Virus record (IMG/VR): IMGVR_UViG_3300024336_000005
Span: 1-64,000 of that record
Direction: 5' to 3' (one strand)
Length of the DNA: 64,000 nucleotides
Shown piece after piece: positions 20,612 to 30,559 of the stretch. Each line of letters opens with the position of its first letter. Positions within the stretch are counted from its first letter, which is position 1. Position numbers and translations under genes: made by a program. Below the pieces are notes generated by a model. The model was not told the origin of the DNA. It saw nothing but the letters and a program-made list of their open reading frames with translations, and ran no database searches.

Positions 20612-21238
20612 TCACGTGGCCTGTTCGAAGCCCTGTGAGTGCCAAGGTGTGATTGTTCGACAGACATAAGTCATCTGATGCTCGATTACGATGTCGTCAA
20701 TGCTTACGCCTGATCCCTCGTTCAAGATTTCAACACCATAGATTCTCATGATAGCCGCCGCTCCGTACTCATTTGCAGCATGGAGGGTGATATCGAAAGG
20801 AGGAAGCTGATCCACAAACCAAGCATCAGAGGAGATCTGATCGTCTCGAGGGTCTGTTACATTGCCAGAGAATGTCTCCTGTGTGAAGGCGGTGCTTGCT
20901 GTGGTCCGGTCGGATCTTCCGGCAGTGATAATATTGCCTGTTGAATCCTTGTCTGGACGAAGGGAATCCTTGTCTGACCAGAAGCGGGCATCGGCCATCT
21001 CTTGAGCGAGCGCGTGGCGGTCGAACTGGATGAAGACCATCGACCCTGCAATTCCTCTCTTTCCTCTTGCGAAGGCTCGAGGGTCGGGGTCGCCCATTGT
21101 ATAAATAGGTGCCTTCTCACGGGTAACGCTCCAGGAGATGCCCTGGAGCGTTCCAACAACGCGGTCACCGAAGACCGCTCTGATGTCACACCCTGAGAAG
21201 GAGTTGTACGACTGAATGAATTCACTACTTAGTGCCAT
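20612..21238 (-). CDS. Major tail tube protein
   Basis: Directly follows the sheath and is followed by a terminator; YNSFSGCD...ISWSVTREKAPIY...RGKRGIAGS...DQLPPFDI. Confidence 0.8.
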   Translation of the reverse strand: MALSSEFIQSYNSFSGCDIRAVFGDRVVGTLQGISWSVTREKAPIYTMGDPDPRAFARGKRGIAGSMVFIQFDRHALAQEMADARFWSDKDSLRPDKDSTGNIITAGRSDRTTASTAFTQETFSGNVTDPRDDQISSDAWFVDQLPPFDITLHAANEYGAAAIMRIYGVEILNEGSGVSIDDIVIEHQMTYVCRTITPWHSQGFEQAT

Positions 21239-21252
21239 CTTTCAAATACTCC

Positions 21253-24216
21253 TTATAGTGTCAATGCAACATCAAAGGTTAGCTTGCGCAACTCGTTGAT
21301 GATTGACATGGAAACAGTCACCTTTGCGGTCCCTCTGACTCTGTCAAGAGGCGACTGTGTGACCCCAAGATTGAAGCTCTCAAGAGCCCCTCCCGAGGAT
21401 CGTTGTAGTTCGTTAAGCTCAAACTTAAGCTTTGTTTCAAGAGCCGACTTGCGGATGGCATCAAGCGGGTCACCCAAGAACGGTCGTCCAGCATCACGCA
21501 ATCTTGTGATTGCTTCTGCAACTAGACGCATGGTCATGTTGCGTGTGTAATCTGAGTCCGAGAGCGCTGCTGAAGGTCCATCTACAACTGTCACCTGACC
21601 TAGAGTCTCAGTGAAGAGTACGTAGTTGATGCCAGTCAGTGAGTTCAAGTGACGCTTGGCCAGTCTTGTGGGCAGACGAACATTCGATCCACCAATCGGC
21701 TTCGCTGTGGTGCCTCTCCAGGGCTCGAGTCCAGCTAGCAGACCAGAGTAAAGAGCAGCACCGGAAGCAATGTAACCAACACCAGATGAGTCACTTGCGT
21801 TTGTCATCGTCGGCCATGAGGCTACGAGGCTCAAGTACTTACCAAGATCCTTCTGGAATCCGTTGGTATCAAGCTCAGCGTCTACGTCATCAAGCTCTCC
21901 GCTTACAGTCGCCAGGAAGCCCGGGTCAAACTGGTTTGCAGCAAGGTAGATGTTGTTGAGGCCGCGTCCTGCAAGGAACTTGTTTCCAAGTAGTCCTGAA
22001 CCGTTTAGGGTAACATCGCCATCTTCATCGTATGAAGGGCTCTTGCCAATCCAAGTGGCAACTGCCGCTGGGTTGAAGTGGTTCGACGGAGGTCTCACCC
22101 CAATGCTACCAATAACAGTAGTTTCATTTTCTGTAAGATCGTGGCAGAGCTGACCAAGCTTGTAAGCAAAGTTTACTTCGCTGAAGGCATTCCCTTCCGG
22201 GTCGCTCTTAGCCGAGTACCAGAAGTGAGTAAGCTCTCCCTCGATCTCTTTCTCCCTGTGGAAGAAGAGAAGGTCGCTTGTGAAGACCTGGAATGCAGGC
22301 GCCTGAGCGACAACAATGGCACCGCCAACACCGTCCAGTGAGAAGCCGATGTCACGGTCGAAGTAAAGTGTCTGAGTAGTGCCGGCAGAACCTTCGGGGT
22401 TAACAACCACACCCCAGCCAGCTGGGATGGTTCCTATAAGTGGATTTGTTACATCCCCTCCGTCTCTCATTGTTAGAGTCGTGCTAGTCGCCTGAGCGGT
22501 CGCAATGACCCTTGCTGGGCTGGCATTAATGGCCGAAGTTGTGAGGATTGCAATGTCGGCAAGAATGTCTCCTGTATCGTAATCCACTTGAATTTCTGAG
22601 AATCCAGCTGGGGCAGGATCTACTCCTGTGCCAAGAGTTACATCATTGTGCCAAACATACCAATCTGTGGTTCCATCGCTGAATGTCCAATATTTGTTAA
22701 GAAGATCGTTTGGACCGGCCGCGTCTGGCATGAGTGTAACTACAGCTACCTCTGGCGCAGTGTTTTCCCAGTTGAGGACTCTCGCCATGCGGACGATCTC
22801 ATCCTTCTCTCTGTTGTTGCCAAAGGCTGCTGCCTGTGGAGTGCTGAAGCGAATCCATGAGGAGCCTCTTCCCGCTGCTGAGAGTAGTGATGTCGCTAGA
22901 GTCCTGTGCGCCGCGTCTGCATACGTCAAGTCCAGGCGGTTGCCAACACTTGCGATTGTAGCAGGCGCAATGACCTTTGCTCCGTCTCCGGCAAGTGCGT
23001 TAGAAGCTGAGTCCAACATAAGACCCTGAGCGGCAGTTGTCGGAAGAAGAGTCTCTCCAGAGGTCTGACCGTCTAGGGCAGGGTCATCCATGTAGGCGTC
23101 CATCATGACTAGAACGTCAATGTCCGAAGCCTCTAGAATCAGAGCTGCATCCGATAGCCCCTCGAAGAGGTTCATCTTGTGAGGCTCTACCTCTTCTAGG
23201 GCTGCGTCAGCGACGTTGCCTGCCTCGGCCAAGACCAAAGGAAGACCGTTGAAGCTTGATCCAGGAGTCGCAAGGATCTCCGGCTGCAAACGAGGATGCG
23301 CTGCTGCAGCCAATCTGTTCAGGTTGATCTCATCCATTCTCGCCCCTGCTGAGAGAGATACGAAGCGGATACGGTGGTGCGCGGGAGTGGCAACATTAAT
23401 CGCTACTGAATACTTTATGGCCGCCCCAGCGGAGTTCGCGGTAAAGTAACCAGCGGCAACTGCTGCCGATAGAGTAACAGTCCCAGCCCCTACGTCGACA
23501 GATGCAACAGTCTCCTCAAACAATGTGGTTCCATCGTTTGCACGAATCTGGCACATGATCGGAGTGCTGGTTGCATCAACAAATCCAAGCTTCCCAAGGT
23601 TAAGGCCAGTGCCTGCAACCATTGTGAAGACTGCAGTCTCTGCGCTTGTGCAGAGCTGTAGTGACTCGTCGTCCTGAACGGGAAGTGCCTTTCCAACTGA
23701 ACCAAAGATCTGGTCAGTTACGGACTCATCATTGACAGCCGAGCCAGTTACAGTAACGAGGCCGAGGTCTGTTGCTACGGTCGCACCAGTTGCGTCGTAG
23801 ACAACTACGCCGCTGGCTACGTCATATACCTTTAGCTGATCTGTCTGCTGGTTGTAGAGTACGCTGTAAAGCTCCAGTGCATCCTCGCCTTCAACTACAG
23901 TCTCGATTGTGTACCCTGCTGCGCCTGTGGCGTCAGCAATGTGCTCGACCTTTCCTGTAGTTGTGAATAGACGAAGGCCCACTGCCTGTCGCGCTCCACC
24001 CTGGAATGCCTCTGCTAGGCCACGGCCTAGCGATCCATCCGCTCCATACTTTGTAATAGCTGACGCGCCACTGAGGACGGCCGACTCATTTGTCGGACCC
24101 TTTTTAGCACTACCAAGTACTGCTACGATGTTTCCCGCCGGAGCAGCTTCTCTTAGCAATCTGCTCTCGTTGATAACAGCGGGCTGGCTTGGTAGATTGG
24201 AGAACTTATCTGCCAT
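21253..24216 (-). CDS. Tail sheath protein (987 aa, with inserted domains)
   Basis: N-terminal VAVLGSAKKGPTNE; C-terminal sheath-like region (LNSLTGINYV...YTRNMTMRLV...PFLGDP...INELRKL). Confidence 0.85.
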   Translation of the reverse strand: MADKFSNLPSQPAVINESRLLREAAPAGNIVAVLGSAKKGPTNESAVLSGASAITKYGADGSLGRGLAEAFQGGARQAVGLRLFTTTGKVEHIADATGAAGYTIETVVEGEDALELYSVLYNQQTDQLKVYDVASGVVVYDATGATVATDLGLVTVTGSAVNDESVTDQIFGSVGKALPVQDDESLQLCTSAETAVFTMVAGTGLNLGKLGFVDATSTPIMCQIRANDGTTLFEETVASVDVGAGTVTLSAAVAAGYFTANSAGAAIKYSVAINVATPAHHRIRFVSLSAGARMDEINLNRLAAAAHPRLQPEILATPGSSFNGLPLVLAEAGNVADAALEEVEPHKMNLFEGLSDAALILEASDIDVLVMMDAYMDDPALDGQTSGETLLPTTAAQGLMLDSASNALAGDGAKVIAPATIASVGNRLDLTYADAAHRTLATSLLSAAGRGSSWIRFSTPQAAAFGNNREKDEIVRMARVLNWENTAPEVAVVTLMPDAAGPNDLLNKYWTFSDGTTDWYVWHNDVTLGTGVDPAPAGFSEIQVDYDTGDILADIAILTTSAINASPARVIATAQATSTTLTMRDGGDVTNPLIGTIPAGWGVVVNPEGSAGTTQTLYFDRDIGFSLDGVGGAIVVAQAPAFQVFTSDLLFFHREKEIEGELTHFWYSAKSDPEGNAFSEVNFAYKLGQLCHDLTENETTVIGSIGVRPPSNHFNPAAVATWIGKSPSYDEDGDVTLNGSGLLGNKFLAGRGLNNIYLAANQFDPGFLATVSGELDDVDAELDTNGFQKDLGKYLSLVASWPTMTNASDSSGVGYIASGAALYSGLLAGLEPWRGTTAKPIGGSNVRLPTRLAKRHLNSLTGINYVLFTETLGQVTVVDGPSAALSDSDYTRNMTMRLVAEAITRLRDAGRPFLGDPLDAIRKSALETKLKFELNELQRSSGGALESFNLGVTQSPLDRVRGTAKVTVSMSIINELRKLTFDVALTL

Positions 24217-24229
24217 TTTGTGACTCCTA

Positions 24230-24928
24230 TTAAGTCGACGAATCGACCACTAGACTTCGTAGAGAATACTCTCTAACTGTTGATACTTTTTCGGTCCTCA
24301 CGTAGAAAGAAAGCGGTCGACAGACAAGCTTTCTATTTTCTGGGGAGAGGTGCATGTCTTCACCTCGTTCCTCAAAGTACACGTGCTTTACGCCACTTGC
24401 TTGAAAGAACCATCTCCATTCTTCAATGAGGCTCTCGAACCAAATGGCCCGCCTGTTGGCGGTCTTGTTTGTTTTAGCCCAGATCTTGAATAGGACAATA
24501 TTGTCGTACTCTTGACCGTAGGTATAAATCTTCATCCCCGCGTTGTCTGGATCATCAAGAGCCTCTCGGAACATCTTGACTCTAGCTCTTGAACGACGCG
24601 GACTCATTGCCTGGGAGACAGGAACTTGTTCAAATACCCCTGGCTTCCTTTGCTTTACACAGTATGTAATTACTTCCCCTTCGATGTTATCATCCTTTTC
24701 GGGGAAGTCTTCTGAGTAAGTTAAAGGTTTTGTCACTCCTTCTACTTCTTGCTGCTTCTGAATGACCTGTCCAACTAGTCGGAAGAAGCCATCTATATCT
24801 GTTGCTGGCCTCGGCGATCGAAGCCTTGGACTTGTCTCAGCTTCCGTGGCATTAATAGCTAGCTCTTCTAGGTACTTACCAATGGCTGCCGTTATGAGTT
24901 CTTTGTCCATCTTTTCTACCAATAACAT
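24230..24928 (-). CDS. Putative tail terminator/neck protein
   Basis: Immediately upstream of the sheath; alpha/beta composition. Confidence 0.5.
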   Translation of the reverse strand: MLLVEKMDKELITAAIGKYLEELAINATEAETSPRLRSPRPATDIDGFFRLVGQVIQKQQEVEGVTKPLTYSEDFPEKDDNIEGEVITYCVKQRKPGVFEQVPVSQAMSPRRSRARVKMFREALDDPDNAGMKIYTYGQEYDNIVLFKIWAKTNKTANRRAIWFESLIEEWRWFFQASGVKHVYFEERGEDMHLSPENRKLVCRPLSFYVRTEKVSTVREYSLRSLVVDSST

Positions 24929-24962
24929 TTGAAGTGGGAGTGGTCAGGGTATTGAATTCTGA

Positions 24963-25511
24963 TTAGTCGGTCCAGCAACTGAGGCGCCAATACTCGACTC
25001 TTGAGTTGTCTGCCCTGAAGGCTTCGGCCATATGAATGTTGTGCCTATGGAGGAGCTTAACAGGGGTGGTGATGTGGCCGTCGAGGTCGATTACAGGTTC
25101 AAGAATCTTGTCGAACCTAGAGATGGACTCATGGTACTCCACATAGAAGAAGGACATTGCAACAGTGTTCTTCCCCCATGCGTGGTACTTCTCTACATCT
25201 TGGTACTCATATCTGTTTGTCTTGTATGCTGCTACTATCTCGTCATCGAAGAGATAGCCCTCTCCTTCACATATGTCACAGGGGTAGTCTTTGTCGGGTT
25301 CGTTCTCGAACCCGTTTGTTCTACACTCGCATTCCTGTAGGTCCTCAGACCTTACAGGATAGATGATGCCATCTTGTAATCTCATGCGGCGAAGGATGTT
25401 GAACGCACCCTTTGGAATCTCATCTGCAGCCCCAAAGAATGTTCTGTTCAACTCCTTTCTTAGGTCCAACTCTTTAAGGCCAGACACTGGATAGGGCTTG
25501 AATGATTTCAT
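24963..25511 (-). CDS. Putative neck/head-closure protein with CxC...CxxC motif
   Basis: ECEC...PCDICEGEGY; start coupled to the upstream stop codon. Confidence 0.55.
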   Translation of the reverse strand: MKSFKPYPVSGLKELDLRKELNRTFFGAADEIPKGAFNILRRMRLQDGIIYPVRSEDLQECECRTNGFENEPDKDYPCDICEGEGYLFDDEIVAAYKTNRYEYQDVEKYHAWGKNTVAMSFFYVEYHESISRFDKILEPVIDLDGHITTPVKLLHRHNIHMAEAFRADNSRVEYWRLSCWTD

Positions 25512-26206
25512 TAGGATCTGCCCCAGGTCTTCTTCCACCTCTTCTGAGATCTGCCGTCAGAGGTTCGGTAGAATGGAGATCTGATGTTTGCTCCAGGGAT
25601 GTTCCTGCTTGCGTGGGTGTCAGCTCTTGCAAAGAGCCGTCCGATGATAGGTGCATCGGGATGTCCTGAGCCCTTCGAAGTGGTCAGAGGAGAGCGTCCA
25701 TAGTAGCCGCCATCCTCGAGCACTCCACAGAGCCATCCTAATTCGTCTCTCATGCTGTCTAGAAGGTCCCGTGCGGCTCCGTTACGCTTAACAGATAGGT
25801 CACCTAGCCTTTTGGACATGTCGGAGTTTATGGACGTGCCAGAGAGCAGCGTTACTATAGCAGCTGCTGTCACATATCGAGCCTTATAGTTGGTGTATGT
25901 GGTGGGGTTGACTGCCGAAGCATCGGGCACATAGTTCTTGAGGTCGGCTTCTTTTGAATAATACCAGACCAGTTGATTTATTGTATCGTCTGGAACCTCT
26001 GTAAGGAACTCTCCCGCTATCAATCTCACTCTCATTGCGCTGGAATAGAATGGATTGAAGGAGGTTGTGTAGAAGGAAGTGATTGGGCCAGCCATAGTAG
26101 AGCCATCGACTGCGACGATGCCCTCTACGGTAATATGAATGATCCTGTTCTCCACCGGACGGGCGGGAAGCATGATTGCATTTAGTCCGTGCTCATTAGT
26201 CGGCAT
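25511..26206 (-). CDS. Putative head-tail adaptor
   Basis: FYSSAMRVR...VPDDTI...SKRLGDLSV pattern; position in the neck cluster. Confidence 0.5.
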   Translation of the reverse strand: MPTNEHGLNAIMLPARPVENRIIHITVEGIVAVDGSTMAGPITSFYTTSFNPFYSSAMRVRLIAGEFLTEVPDDTINQLVWYYSKEADLKNYVPDASAVNPTTYTNYKARYVTAAAIVTLLSGTSINSDMSKRLGDLSVKRNGAARDLLDSMRDELGWLCGVLEDGGYYGRSPLTTSKGSGHPDAPIIGRLFARADTHASRNIPGANIRSPFYRTSDGRSQKRWKKTWGRS

Positions 26207-26594
26207 CTGGCCACTCCTCTCTGTGGTACTTTAGGTCTTCTGTGATTATGTATTCATCATGGAAAGCAAAGAGATACTTTGTCTGGCCATCAATCAGAAA
26301 TTCTAAAGCAGGGACAACCCTTGTGTTCCCTCTCAATAACTCTTGCTCTGTTCTCCTGAACTGCCTAACCAATCTTGGCCTCTTTGAGAACTGAACGAAG
26401 TGAACTATTGATTCCATCTGCTGAGACTCTGTGTCCATCAAGCTGAACTTCTGTCGATCTATTAGAGTCACAGACTCTACTACTATTCCCTCAATGTCTC
26501 TTATCTCTTTGAACTCAGGATGGGTTTCATTTAGCGTGAGGGACTCATCTCCCAATGAGAACGTTACATGCCACTCATAGAGGAGTTGGTGCAT
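26196..26594 (-). CDS. Hypothetical protein
   Basis: Translationally coupled to both neighbours. Confidence 0.55.
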   Translation of the reverse strand: MHQLLYEWHVTFSLGDESLTLNETHPEFKEIRDIEGIVVESVTLIDRQKFSLMDTESQQMESIVHFVQFSKRPRLVRQFRRTEQELLRGNTRVVPALEFLIDGQTKYLFAFHDEYIITEDLKYHREEWPDAD

Positions 26595-27133
26595 TAGGTT
26601 GTCTCGTCGTAACGGAGAACCATATTGAAGCTTGAGGAGGCCCCGGTACTAGCGGTGGGATACACTTCCATCTGTAAGACCAGGTGGTCGCCAACGTCGC
26701 CTGCGATAACGTAAGGCGTTGCACCATCGTCTAGAGATAGAGGTGCAGCCGAAGTATAGGTAAAGAGGTCTACCTTTGGCCCAACCATTGCACCGCCAGC
26801 ATCATACCCTCCTGCTAGTGGAGGGGTATAAGCTGCCTCCTTCTTGGCATAGATGGCCGTTCCATCATCTGGAGCAGATCCGCTAATGAAGACCTCAATG
26901 TTTCGGATGTCGACAGAGGGAAGGGCAATGGCGTTGAGTCGCGTCTTAAGGTACTTCTCGTATGATCTAAAGACTCCAGCGTTAGGCTTTGTTAGGCCTT
27001 CTGTAACTACCGGCCAAACCTCAACTGCAGGATTGTCTGCGCTCTTGAATTGGATAGTCTGCCCACCATTCTTTGCGGTGGGCGCACCCGCTCCCGGCCC
27101 ATTCCATTCTTGTAAATAAACTGTAACTGCCAT
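26594..27133 (-). CDS. Putative virion structural protein (beta-rich)
   Basis: Gly/Ala/Thr-rich; lies in the structural operon. Confidence 0.5.
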   Translation of the reverse strand: MAVTVYLQEWNGPGAGAPTAKNGGQTIQFKSADNPAVEVWPVVTEGLTKPNAGVFRSYEKYLKTRLNAIALPSVDIRNIEVFISGSAPDDGTAIYAKKEAAYTPPLAGGYDAGGAMVGPKVDLFTYTSAAPLSLDDGATPYVIAGDVGDHLVLQMEVYPTASTGASSSFNMVLRYDETT

Positions 27134-27135
27134 GA

Positions 27136-28143
27136 TTATCCAGTAAAGGTTAAGGTTAGGGTTGACCCACTTACTGTGGGTGTGACCCTAAGAGCTGTTG
27201 AGGTTCTCTGACTCTCGTCCAGAGGAAGGCTTTCCATTAGGACTTCAATTGTTGCTGTCGTTAGACTTGCTGCATCAATAGGCTTATTGAAGGTCAGTAT
27301 GATTGTGCGCCTGGAGGTAGGAACATTTGAATCCTGTACGTCAGGTTCAATTGATACCAATGCCAATGTGCTGCTATCTACTGCCGGGACTTGATCGATC
27401 CTAAGGATCCCTTCTACTTCCCTCTCTTGTATTCTTAGAGATGGAGTGTCCTCTGAGACTTCAACATGGGAGGATGATCCTGTGGCGAAAGAGAACTCGG
27501 TTATCGCGGCGAGGGCGGTCCCCGGCTGTGATACAAACACCCACTGATCTGCAACTACGAAGGTTCCAGCAGTGAAGTTAAGGAATACGCCATCCTCTAG
27601 TTCTACTGATCTATCTGTGGGGATAGCTTCTGAAGTAAGGCCTGTCGACGTTCTCGTATATGTGAACGTCGCTGTACCAAGTAGGCCGCCAGAGGCAATG
27701 TCTATTGTCCAGGTGTCTGGGTCAGCTGCTCCCGTGTAGGGGCCGACTGTAGTAAAGCTTCCCGTAGAGGTGTTACCACCATCAGGTGCGATTGCATTAA
27801 TCGTCCTGCTGGTTAGCTTCGTTCCGAGGATTACTCTATATGTCTTGTTTGGTTCTAGGTCTACGGTCGGAGTGAAGACAAATGTTAGCGAGTCACTTGT
27901 TGTGATCTCGCCTTCTATGAATCCAGTAAAGACTTGAGAGTCTAGTAGGTCGTCGTCTGTTGGAGACCAGTCTTCAAATCCTGGGCCGCGAGAGGTGAGC
28001 TTATCGGCAGAAGAGACAACGACAAAGTTGCCGGCAGTAAGGATTGTATCTAAGTCAACCTCTTCATCGAAGACCACCGAAATGGTCTGCTCAAGAGGAA
28101 TCCCCACATCGCCGTTGTCTGGAGTGGTATCGTTTATAACCAT
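27136..28143 (-). CDS. Ig-like (Big_5-type) domain virion protein
   Basis: TTPDNGDVGIPLEQTISVVFDEEVD and IEPDVQDSNVPTSRRTIILTFNKPID are Big_5-like signatures. Confidence 0.7.
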   Translation of the reverse strand: MVINDTTPDNGDVGIPLEQTISVVFDEEVDLDTILTAGNFVVVSSADKLTSRGPGFEDWSPTDDDLLDSQVFTGFIEGEITTSDSLTFVFTPTVDLEPNKTYRVILGTKLTSRTINAIAPDGGNTSTGSFTTVGPYTGAADPDTWTIDIASGGLLGTATFTYTRTSTGLTSEAIPTDRSVELEDGVFLNFTAGTFVVADQWVFVSQPGTALAAITEFSFATGSSSHVEVSEDTPSLRIQEREVEGILRIDQVPAVDSSTLALVSIEPDVQDSNVPTSRRTIILTFNKPIDAASLTTATIEVLMESLPLDESQRTSTALRVTPTVSGSTLTLTFTG

Positions 28144-28149
28144 GTGTTA

Positions 28150-28470
28150 TCACTGATGCTTTTTGCGGATCTCCTCTACAACTTCATCTGGAGACTTCTC
28201 TTCTTCCCCCTCTCCTTTGACTCGAATGAATGCCCAATCTTCTTGGCTTAGTCGCCAGTTTTCTGGATCTTCAATTCCAAGTCGTGCAGCGAGGCCCTTA
28301 AAGAGGTTCTCCAATTCCGAGTTGAGGGATTCCATTTTGTTAAGAATTGCACCCTCAGCATGCAAATACTGCAGGCGCACCCTCGAGTGTGCCTGCACAT
28401 ATTGATCGCGCTGTAAGAGTACTGCTTGGACCAATTTACGGTCCGCTTCTGTTAATTGCTTCTCAGCCAT
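28150..28470 (-). CDS. Small coiled-coil protein
   Basis: GGAGG RBS before MAEKQ. Confidence 0.6.
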   Translation of the reverse strand: MAEKQLTEADRKLVQAVLLQRDQYVQAHSRVRLQYLHAEGAILNKMESLNSELENLFKGLAARLGIEDPENWRLSQEDWAFIRVKGEGEEEKSPDEVVEEIRKKHQ

Positions 28471-28520
28471 CTGTTCCTCCAATTACATAGAAAAGTAAAT
28501 GTGTAGGTAGATTCTACAAT

Positions 28521-28553
28521 AAGAAAAGCCCAGGCACAAGGCCTGGGCTTCTT
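28521..28553 (-). terminator. Intrinsic terminator (possibly bidirectional)
   Basis: AAGCCCAGGC-ACAAG-GCCTGGGCTT flanked by A-rich and T-rich runs. Confidence 0.75.
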
Positions 28554-28571
28554 AAATGAATAGATTGACTG

Positions 28572-29189
28572 TTAGATCTCTACAGTAAGTCCTGTGAATC
28601 TTTCACTCACTAACATCCGCTTGGTGTTGTGGACTGAAATCTCTACCGCTCCGACGGCTGCATTCTTTGCCCCCCACTTTCTGGGCATGACTATCGTTGC
28701 TGTGATGGAAGCATTTCCAGGAGGTGCCGCATCATCCAGGTTTGCAGATGCAGTGATGACCGTCGCAACTGGCATTCTGTTGTCGGCGATTCGCTTTCGG
28801 TTGTATGGAGCCGGACCATTAGCTGTGTCAGCTGGAAGGACGTGAGCAATAACCTGAATGTCACCTACGGCTGCACCGAAGGTGTTTCCAAGGATTGTTA
28901 GCGTAGTAGTTCCTGTAAGTCTGATCTCAGTATTTGTTGGCTGGTCTGTGGTGATGGCAGTAATGGTGGGATCGTTTGTCAACTCCCAGGCATCCACTCT
29001 CACTAATTCCCCAGCTGCATCGAATCCTCGCCCACCGGTAAAGATTACGTCTGTGTCAGCGTCCGTTGGATCTCGAAGGAAAGTCTTAGTATCTACTACT
29101 GCAACCGCCTCCACTCCAAAGCCTGTTACGGCTAGAGCTGGCTCCTTAAGAAGAGATCCCATTTGTATGGTTTCATTAATTAGTGGCAT
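28572..29189 (-). CDS. Putative head/virion structural protein (IPT/TIG-like C-terminal half)
   Basis: DPTITAIT...LTILGNTFG...ITATI pattern. Confidence 0.45.
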   Translation of the reverse strand: MPLINETIQMGSLLKEPALAVTGFGVEAVAVVDTKTFLRDPTDADTDVIFTGGRGFDAAGELVRVDAWELTNDPTITAITTDQPTNTEIRLTGTTTLTILGNTFGAAVGDIQVIAHVLPADTANGPAPYNRKRIADNRMPVATVITASANLDDAAPPGNASITATIVMPRKWGAKNAAVGAVEISVHNTKRMLVSERFTGLTVEI

Positions 29190-29198
29190 TTGCTTTCC

Positions 29199-29732
29199 TT
29201 AGTTTAATCTAGAGACTCTAGTCCTAGCGTTTCCGGCAGGTCGAGTTGTTGGCTCAACCTCTACCTCCAGTTCCAACTCTAGCTTCCCGCCATCATCATC
29301 TTCGATCTCTTGAATCGCATTATAGAATCTCTCTTCATCTGAAGATGAGATCTGGCGCAAGGCATATTCAATCATTTGAATAACAGAAGCTCGAGGGCGA
29401 TCCTTCGCACCCTCTGCATCTCTTAGTGACTTAAGTCCCTTTCCGTCCTTAGCCATGATCATCTTTGAAACATAGCGCTTCTGAATTTCTGAAGCCGGGC
29501 GGGTTACGATGTAATCAACGCCGGCCTTTCCAAAGTTCTTCGGCACAAAGCCTGAGCTCACCTCGGTGATAACACCAGATTCCTTTCCAGCATTAAAGAT
29601 CGCCATCTGCTCTGGTGAGAGATCCTTTAGCTCCTCTTCTTCCAATTCATAGAATGGGTGCGATCGAGTCAGAAGGATATCTGTGTCGGGAATAGCCCAA
29701 AATGGGCGAGGCGGATTTAGAAAAATGAACAT
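29199..29732 (-). CDS. Hypothetical protein
   Basis: AGGAG RBS; acidic C-terminus. Confidence 0.55.
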   Translation of the reverse strand: MFIFLNPPRPFWAIPDTDILLTRSHPFYELEEEELKDLSPEQMAIFNAGKESGVITEVSSGFVPKNFGKAGVDYIVTRPASEIQKRYVSKMIMAKDGKGLKSLRDAEGAKDRPRASVIQMIEYALRQISSSDEERFYNAIQEIEDDDGGKLELELEVEVEPTTRPAGNARTRVSRLN

Positions 29733-29846
29733 AACCTATACTCCTAGTCAATTGACAATGTAAGTATAGGTAGAAATAACCGAAATGTCTAGACTATTTA
29801 ACTTCTGCTATGCACTCGCTCGATAAAAGTCACACGAATTCCAAAC

Positions 29847-30557
29847 TTAGGCTACGCCGTATAACGTCTTGAGTCCAGCTTCTACCAGAGCGCGGTTGAA
29901 GTCTGATAGAGCCTCGCCGAAAACAACACAGTGGCCAATCTTGCCGTCAAACTGCTTGACGCTCACATTACCAGAGAGTCCAATGGCGAAGTTCTGCGAG
30001 CTTGGGGTGGCGTTGCCCGTGTTGGCAGTAGGGTTCGTAGTGGCTTGCACTACCCCATCGATCCAAATGTCAACGTCGGTGTCACCAGAAGTGTGCCTTA
30101 CAGTGATGATGTACCACTGCCCTGCCACGGGTGCCCACGCGCTTGTCTGTGTGACGCTCCAGACCGCCGAATTGCCAAACTGAACCTCAAGGTAATCAGC
30201 CGCGCCCCCGTTAACCTCGATTTTGCACACCAGTAGGCTGTTGGCCGACCCGGAGACGTAGCTCCCCACGAAGAACTGGTCGTTAGCTGCGGAGAAGGCG
30301 TCGAACTTCACAGCAATCATCATCGTGTGACTGTCTGTGATGGCGACCTGGGCAGGGAGGTTGTGATACTCACCAACCGCGTAGTTGTAGACCCACTGCC
30401 CGCCAGCGTCTAGCTCGGCGTCAGGCGTGCCAACCGCAGTAGCCAGAGTCTCAAACGGTACAACCTGTCGCTGGTTGTAGAGCCTGCCGATGGGCGGCTC
30501 CCAGAACAGAAGTGGCACCTTGGGAAGTAGGGGTAGAGGTAGGGGTGTATAGCTCAT
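29847..30557 (-). CDS. ConA/LamG-like beta-sandwich protein
   Basis: GQWYIITVRH...DIWIDGV...FAIG...FDGKIGHCVVFGEALS signature. Confidence 0.75.
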   Translation of the reverse strand: MSYTPLPLPLLPKVPLLFWEPPIGRLYNQRQVVPFETLATAVGTPDAELDAGGQWVYNYAVGEYHNLPAQVAITDSHTMMIAVKFDAFSAANDQFFVGSYVSGSANSLLVCKIEVNGGAADYLEVQFGNSAVWSVTQTSAWAPVAGQWYIITVRHTSGDTDVDIWIDGVVQATTNPTANTGNATPSSQNFAIGLSGNVSVKQFDGKIGHCVVFGEALSDFNRALVEAGLKTLYGVA

Positions 30558-30559
30558 GG

